Assembly: GCA_030390025.1 (NCBI GenBank)
Contig: CM059431.1
Location: 124,250,001 to 124,314,000 of the forward strand
Reading direction: 5' to 3'
Source of the DNA: Squalus acanthias
Taxonomy: Eukaryota
DNA length: 64,000 nucleotides
Shown: positions 56,477-64,000 of the stretch, one piece after another
Numbering within the stretch: position 1 is the stretch's first letter
Layout of the letters: each line of letters begins with the position of its first letter
Position numbers and translations under genes: made by a program
Notes under the pieces: model-generated
Databases searched by the model: none
What the model saw: the letters and a program-made list of their open reading frames with translations, nothing else
Told to the model about the DNA's origin: nothing

Positions 56477-57224
56477 GGCCTGGAATTTGCGGTCAGCGGC
56501 GAAGCAAAGGCGTTCGCCACAGGCCCCAAAGATCCGTGTGTCGAGAACTTCGGGTTTTCCAACCTTCAATTCAAATCAACAAAGTATATTGGGGATCCTC
56601 TTGTGCGAGCTGCTGTGACGTCAACAGGCTGTCTAAGCAGCCAATCAAAAGGCAGAATTCTCACAGACAGCAAACAAGGACGTGAGTAAGCTCTTAAAAT
56701 TCTAACTTTTGAAAAGTGTTAGAGAGAGCAAAACAAAGATTGGGGCTTTCACATGGGGAAAAGGCAAACCTGAAATAAAGATGGACAAACTTAAAAAAAA
56801 TGAACAAAACATTTTTTGGAAAAGTTTCTTAAAAATTTAAATTTTTATTAAAATGGACAGATTTCACACTATACAAAATGTAAATTAGTTTTTCAGGCCC
56901 TTAACATTTGTTGAGCAGTAATAACACTGTTAAAACCCCAGTTACACCTAATCCCTTTGGGTCTAACTTTTAGTGGAAAATTGAACAACGTAATTACTGC
57001 GGAAGAGCTGAAGTTTTCGTCAGTTTCAATGACTTGGCTGATTACACAGATTGCCGGCTCTGTGGCGGGGGGAGGGAGGCACAGCAGAGCCTGTTTCGGA
57101 GCTGTCAATGACAGACCGCTATTTCAGGATTTCCGTACAAATCCCGAAGTTGCGGGCAGTTTCAAAGGCGGAATGACGGCGAACGCTGCCAGTTCGCCAT
57201 CATCCCGACCGCAAATTCCGGGCC
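56477..57224. mobile_element. MITE (PHIS/Harbinger-type)
   Basis: TIRs ggcctggaatttgcggtc / gaccgcaaattccgggcc; ATT/AAT flanks. Confidence 0.8.
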
Positions 57225-58644
57225 AATGGTGTATTATTTTTAACCTGTAAGTTCCAACTGTGTTTGTTAAAGAATTATTAAATAATTTCCACATCAAATG
57301 TTATCAGATTAGCTGGCCTGTTGTGTGTTAGTATTAACACATCAGAGCTCAAAGATTGTCCACTGAATAAAGTTGTGTGGAATAGATAGTGCACTAAAAA
57401 TGGAACGTACAATTAACTTTCATTTAATGCCCACTCAGTGCACTAACAGTAAATTAGATCCCACTGCATCTTTTATTCTGGATCCAGAAGGAGCATTTGG
57501 AATGGCAATCTTATAATGTGATTGCAGAGTATTATGTAGCAAAATCTGTCAAATTGCATTTCACATTACCCAAACCGACACTTTGCTGGGAACTGCTCTT
57601 CAAAATTGGGCCTAAGAATTCATCAGCTTCATTCCACTGTATGCAGCTTCAGAAGAGCTCATTTTTGATGAAGTCATACAAGAAATAATGGGCAGGAGGA
57701 AATGCCCCAGACATGGTGAGATATGATTCATTGTCGCTGTGGCCGCGGTAATATCCCCCTGAGCCTAGGACCTACCACTGAGCGGCCAGAGAGCACCCCC
57801 GAGTCAGCTGGCAGGACCATTTCAAATGCAAATCGGGACACCGATTGCCATTTTAAGAGAGAGCTGATCGGGACATGCACCATACGCCTTCCGATCAGCT
57901 TCACTGGCCATTGAGCCGAAGGAAAGATTAAGTGTCACATTATTTCTGTGGAGCCAAGAGGAAGAGGACTGCTCCTTCCGAGCCTCACAAAAGTACTGCA
58001 AGCCACCGCTGGCCCAGGCTCACCCTCTGCAGCCTGGCCTCCCCCACCCGAGGACCTGCCTACAGCTTGCCAACAGTGCTGTGGCCTAGAACCGGTGTGC
58101 TGCCTCAGAGGCCGTTGGGTGCCCACTGCACGCCGATCAGATTCAAATGAGGACCGAGCCTCTAATTGTGAGTGCCTCTTTGCTGCCCGAATGGACAGCC
58201 ACTGGCCAGCTGCCTGAAATTCCAAATCTGCCCCAAAGATACTGCCCTTCGCCATCAGTATAGGTAAATGATGTAAGATAAAAGTGACACTCAAAACACC
58301 GTGGAATGAAAGAGGAGAAATATCAGACACTGATGATGGAGTTGGTCTCAGAGAATATAGGATCATCTTCCCCAGTGCACATCTCATATAATGATCATCA
58401 AACGATCGTGAAACCATAGCTGTTACTGTTAGTGTGGTTCCCTGGCCACAGGAAGAAAGCTGGGGAAGTTGTGAAGTCCTACATTTATTTTCCAGGCAAC
58501 ACAAGTTGAAAATAAGGGACAGCCCTTTCTGACGTCCAAACTCCCCTTTGCAGAAAGTAAGTGTTGATTGTTGTGGACTCTTTCCATCTTCAGTCATCAC
58601 AGAGATTGCTTGAGATATCCCAAAATTGAAATTGCGATATCTAT

Positions 58645-59403
58645 GGGCGCGATCTTGCCAGCCCTGGGGAGGCGGGTATGGAGGCGGGACTGCCAGGAAA
58701 ATGGCAGAATTTGGGGGCGGGTGCCCAACCCCATCTTGCCAGGAGGCGGGTAGCTGACCCGCGCCGGGTCCCGTCTCCTTGGAGGTGGGAAGGGGATTAC
58801 AGCCACTTAACTGCCATTTTGCCCACACAAGTGCGGGTTTCCTGAAGGCTGCAAACCCCGCCAGGGTCACCGAGGCGAGTAGTGGGTCTGCGGGGGTCTG
58901 CGGGGTACAAAAGTGTGCTGTGGAGGTGAGTGATGGGTGCAAGTGTGGAGAGGTGAGTATGTGAGGTAAGTGGAAAGTGTTAGAAAAAGTTTACTTACCT
59001 TTGTTTCTTCCTGCAGGCTTCAAGAGTTGGGTATGCGGAGAGTCTCGCACCTCCGCGGCAGAGATGACAGATGGCTGCTGCATTCTCCAATGCAGCAACC
59101 AGCTAATTTCTGCAAAAGAAAGAGGTTTGATGAGTCTTGAATTCAAGAACTCATCAAACTGCAGAGAATGTCACTGTTTGACAGCTTCACAGAGCTGTCA
59201 AACGATGACAGTTCATCTGTCAAAAATTGACGTTCTCTGTAACCAGCTTTCCCTTAATTGGCCTGCTAAGCCTGCTGGGTGAGCTTAACAAGGTCAATCA
59301 AGGGAAAATAGCGTGGGTTGGCCACAAATCGATGGAGGCGGGACATTGACCTGACAAGCAGCAGTCCCGCCTCCAACACGCCCCCATTGACAAAATCACA
59401 CCC
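58645..59403. mobile_element. Non-autonomous TIR element, related to 12379-13222
   Basis: Reverse-complement similarity (tttgacagct...agctgtcaaa palindrome; tgagcttaacaaggtcaatca). Confidence 0.65.
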
Positions 59404-59529
59404 AATGCAAGCTTGAGCCACAAAACTGTACCTGAACAAGATCCTGCAGTTCATGGAAAACTGGAAGTTAATAACACTGTGAATGGTCTACCATTTAACA
59501 GTACAGAATTTCAACAATTCCTGGGATAT

Positions 59530-59950
59530 AGAACAACAACAACAACTTGTATTTATATAGCACCTTTAACGTAGTAAAACGTCCCAAGGCGCTGCACAGG
59601 AGTATTTTAAGACAATTTGACACTGATCCACATAAGGATAAATCAGGGCAGGTGACCAAAAGCTTGGCCAAAGAGGTAGGTTTTAAGGTTTTAATATTGT
59701 TATAAAAGGATTACACCAGTTTGATCAGAAGCTAGTAGAGAAGGTGAAATGAGGATACTTGAAAAGATCATCCACACAGCCCAAGTTATAGAATCATAGA
59801 ACCTTACAGCCCAGAAGGAGGCCATTCAGCCCATCGTACCTGTGCCGGCTCTTTGAAAGAGCTATCCCATTAGTTCCATTTCCTCGTTCTTTTCCCATAG
59901 CCCTGCAAATGTTTTCCTTTTCAAGTATATATTCAGTTCCCTTTTGAAGG
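59530..59950 (-). mobile_element. LINE 3' tail fragments (L2-like 59530-59690; CR1-like 59790-59950)
   Basis: (caa)n plus atttatatagcacctt; ggccattcagcccatcg as at 53598. Confidence 0.6.
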
Positions 59951-61083
59951 CAAAGTATGAAGTTGAAGGAAAACAAAGGAAGCAATTCTTGTGGAAATTT
60001 ATAAGAAACTACTCGGCCCCTCCACCAATGAGCCGAGGTACGGTAAAGCACTTGTTAACGATTGGTCTGCAGGGGGTTTTGTGAAATCCAATTTGATTAA
60101 GTGGGAGTGGTAAAAAATTGTTCAATCATATTGCAGCTACATGTATCCTACTTTCATATTTTGCAGGCCACAAGCAACCTGCTTTAAAAGGTCTATATGG
60201 TGAAAATATGGCTAATTCAGCTGAATACATTACAAGTGACAGAATAGTAAGGCCTGATTAGCTGCCTGGGTCATGGACGCACTAACAGATGGCACAATAG
60301 ATGGAGATGCTGTTCTTACACAAAAGAATAACTGAATGAACTTCCATGACTGACAAATAACCCACCTGTCTTCATATAGAAATAATAGAAATACATAAGA
60401 CTTTACTAGTCCTTTCTAAGATTAGGAGATAAATGAATTAATTTCTGTGAGTACCAAATGACCCTTCTGTCTTCATATTAAGATGAAGAAACATATACCT
60501 GAATTGCTAAACATTTTATATGAAAAGTACACGTGAACATTGCGCGTGTGTTTGTGTGTGTAAAGTTAATCTATGCAAAGTATGATTTAAATTACATCAT
60601 CCCTATTTCATTTTTTTGACAATTGCACTGATTGTACTAGTCGATGGACTGAAATGTGCAGTTCTTTATATACAGTGAACTGTTGCAATATGTAGCAGAT
60701 ACTATACAATAGTCGCAGTTATGAAGATTTTATATTTAGATTAATACTAACACATACGTGTGTAAAGAATTTAAACATAGATAACATTATAGGTCCTTTG
60801 TTGATCTATGAAAAATCCTCCATTAGAAAACCTTCACAACCTGTCCGCAAACAGTGTTTCATGGGGTTAGAAATTCATCTTCACCGCCTGGGGTGTGGAT
60901 CACCCATGTCTTGTAGAACCTTCCTGAGTTTTATTCAATAACGCTAAGACTAATGATTCTTTAATTGCCTGTGTCTGTCTTCTCATTCATTTTGAATAGG
61001 GGCACTATTCCAACTGTTTGAAATCTACTGGTACTTCCTTGGAGTCCATTTCTTCCCTCATAATGCTTGTATTTTTTATTTGT

Positions 61084-61700
61084 TCATGGGATGTGGGCAT
61101 CGCTGGCAAGGCCAGCATTTATTGCCCATCCAAAATAACCCTTGAGAAGGTGGTGGTGAGCTGCCTTCTTGAACCGCTGCAGTCCATGTGGTGAAGGTAC
61201 TCCCACAGTGCTCTTAGGTAGGGAGTTCCAGGATTTTGACCCAGTGATGATGAAGGAACAGCGATATATTTCCAAGTCAGGATGGTGTGTGAGTTGGAGA
61301 GAAACTTGGAGGTGATGGTGTTCCCATGCGCCTGCTGCTCTTGCCCTTCTAGGTGGTAGAGGTCGCAGGTTTGGGAGGTGCTGTCGAAGAAGCCTTGGCG
61401 AGTTGCTACAGTACATCTTGTAAATGGTACACACTGCAGTCACGGTGTGCCGGTGGTGGAGGGAGTGAATGTTTAAGGTGCCGATCAAGCGGGCTGCTTT
61501 ATCCTTGTTGGTGTTGAGTTTCTTGAGTGTTGTCGGAGCTGCACTCATCCAGGCAAGTGGGGAGTATTCCATCACACTCCTGACTTGAACCTTGTAGATG
61601 GTGGAATGGCTTTGGGCAGTCAGGAGGGGAGACACTCGCTGCAGAATACCCAGCCTCTAACCTGCTCTTGTAGCCACAGTATTTATGTGGCTGGCCCAGT
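61084..61700 (-). mobile_element. Non-LTR retrotransposon ORF2 C-terminus and 3' end
   Basis: IYKVQVRSVMEYSPLAWMSAAPTTLKKL...SLHHRHTV...WNSLP; same family as 42690. Confidence 0.8.
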
Positions 61701-62710
61701 GGCTCACATTTCTCTTCTATAGCTTCTGTCAGCATTCTGGGATAAATACTGTGGGGATATATTTGTTTTGAGCCCTTTTAGCCTTTCTCGGATTTCAACC
61801 TTATTTATAAAAAGTCATTGGCATCTAAATTTAATTATGTTGCACCCATTTTATGGGAGTAAAATGGATGCAGCGACAACCAATTTAGCAGTGCCGAGAC
61901 CTGCGCCTGATCTGTTTGAGCATTCGGGCTACTGGTAAATTGTTCAGGGGCTTTTTTTTATGGCAGCCCTGGTGGCCACATGAAATGAGCGTAGGCCTCT
62001 GCAATATTGAAGTGAGGCTTGCATGTTTATTTCACACCTGGACTCCTAAATCTGTTTGTCCTAGTCGGATCTTGCAATGTGTAAGCTCTGACTGGCATTT
62101 CTGGGTCTTGAGAAGACTTAAAGAGTCCACTCCATGCTGCTCAAAAAAGGCCCAAATCCCCCCCCCCCCCCCCCCTTACTTCTAAGCCTTGGCGTTGGCC
62201 GAAATTAGTAAGAGCCCGACAGGTGAGCTGCATCAGAGTGCTTGTTTCTCATGGGATTTATACTGATCAGGCCCAAGGATGGATTTACTTCTGTCGTCGG
62301 GCCTTTTCATTTCATCACGCTGTCACTGCTCGCTGCCAGAATAACGTGTGGTTTGAGGCGTTAAGAAATTTAGGCCCCCGTTAGTGATTTTTCTTGGGAT
62401 ATCAATTTGGGTAAGGCCTATTTCACAGGGTGCCTAGTCATGGAGGGAATGCTTTCATTCACTGGATAAGCTTTTGGCTGAGTGCAGGCGGCCAGATTGT
62501 GCTGCAGAATAAATGAAGGGAAAGGGAGAAAACTTGTGAAAGGTGTGGTCTCTCTTGAGTTTTATTCAGGATGCAGTTCCGTATATAGCAGTGGGAAAAT
62601 TCAGGCCACAAATATTGATACAATCACCATAGTACTGCTCTGTAATGTGCCAATAGAAGGCATGCTTATAGCTAGAGGAGCATGCTTGCAAATTGTTCCA
62701 CTTCCTAAAG

Positions 62711-62788
62711 TGGAATACACTGCTATGAAGAGCAATGCTCAGTAGTCTGACTGAAATGGAACATTGCTCTTCATAGCAGTGTATTCCA
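62711..62788. repeat. Perfect 27-bp inverted repeat with a 24-nt spacer
   Basis: tggaatacactgctatgaagagcaatg (62711-62737) and cattgctcttcatagcagtgtattcca (62762-62788). Confidence 0.9.
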
Positions 62789-64000
62789 TTGTGATATTGT
62801 GATGCCAGACAATCTAGGGGCCTCAGGAATATGGCCTGTGGGTGACCAATTCTCCCATTGGACTTTTAAATCAATACATGCTGATGTGGCGGATCGCCAC
62901 CTAAACGGGCGCAATCCACTTTTCCGTCAGTGGACAATAAATCGGGCACCTTGCCTTTAAGGCATGCTGCCTTTAAGGCAGGAGAAAAGGAGTGGGCGTG
63001 GCCTCAGAGTTTTCAGATCAGTTGGTTAGCAGCCATTTTACCAGGCAGATGTAATTAAAAGCTTTGTGTTCCACACATGGACTCGGCCTTAATTCGTGTT
63101 TCGCGGCAGCCACAACACTAAAGTCTTATTTCTTCCTGCACTGAGCCATTGAGTCAGCTGTTACAAGATCTCAGAGACTAGCTAAAATTAGTGCCAAAGC
63201 ACAAGTACGTTGAACATATTTATATTGGCCATAGAAGTGTTGACATTTATGAATGTCTAGCAGCTAATTAGGCAGTCTGAGTAAAGAGCATCTAAATCTA
63301 CATGATTAAGCGTTTTTTTGTCTACAGTGCATCCGTAAGACATAACTGTCCACAGGGTGATAGAAATGCCCATAAGGTGCGAAGCAGCTGATCGATTGAT
63401 TGTTAGTGAATGGGAGATTTAAGTCAATCCAAACCCCTGGTGCCTAACTGCTTCAAATGTTACAGTGATTAAATGCTGATCAATCAAAAGAATATTATTG
63501 TAAAACTAATCACTAAATCTGTTGATAAAGTTTTCTAGTCACTAAAAAACAAACAATAAGCAAGCAGCACAAGAACAGCTAATGAAATCTCTGAAAAAAA
63601 TTCCAACTTACTTTGAACCTCAAGGCCCCCATCTCACTATATACTCCTGAAATTAAACCTTGTACCCCAATAAACACATTAAAAAAGTTGAACAATTATG
63701 AAAACAAATCCCGAAACTGCTCCATAAGCTTATTCATTCCATGTACAGATTCCTCCAAAAAAAACTTCTGCATATCATTAGCCTTCCCTCAGGTCCTTTA
63801 GACTTACCTTCTGTTCCACCTCCACACCCTAGACTCTGCCATTCCTACAGGTTAAACCCTGTTCCCCTTTCCCCAAGTGCCACGTGATCCCCCATCTCTC
63901 TGAGTGCTGCCAGACCCCAAACTTCCCCATAAATCCGACCAGTCCCAAACCCGTGTAGCTTGCCCCCAACCATGTGCTCCATTCTCAAGCACCAGCCGGA

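Noticed and set aside
58410..58450. CGQGTTLTVT on the minus strand resembles an Ig/TCR J segment (FGxGT)
   Set aside because: Cys instead of Phe/Trp, no heptamer/nonamer RSS upstream and no GT donor at the expected position. The 335-aa ORF containing it runs across repeats.

Overview
Repeat-dense vertebrate genomic DNA. The CR1/L2 LINE and Harbinger families suggest a cartilaginous fish (inference). No host gene could be supported. The window is dominated by a very young family of enveloped LTR retroelements that resemble lokiretroviruses: dual RNase H Pol and an Env that looks like a Mononegavirales F-type class I fusogen. Copy A (429-9668, +, TSD ATGG) has intact gag and env, but its pol is replaced in frame by a Gag-like coiled coil joined to the Pol C-terminal tail. 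Copy B (26171-38861, -, TSD CTTT) has intact gag-pol, but its env has a single nonsense codon at the start of the TM anchor. A diverged solo LTR of the same family lies at 14415-16086 (TSD ATAG). Notable features of the family: gag-pol joined by a UGA-CUAG readthrough context; a tRNA-Arg-like PBS overlapping the gag ATG; overlapping PSAP/PPxY late domains; an apparent Ig domain at the Env N-terminus; YxxPhi and PDZ-type motifs in the Env tail; 1.6-kb LTRs with conserved YY1, E2F, splice and polyA motifs. All three insertions sit inside Harbinger/PHIS-type DNA transposons. The rest of the window is degenerate Harbinger elements, MITEs, CR1/L2 fragments, an unrelated solo LTR, a G-rich tract and small repeats.
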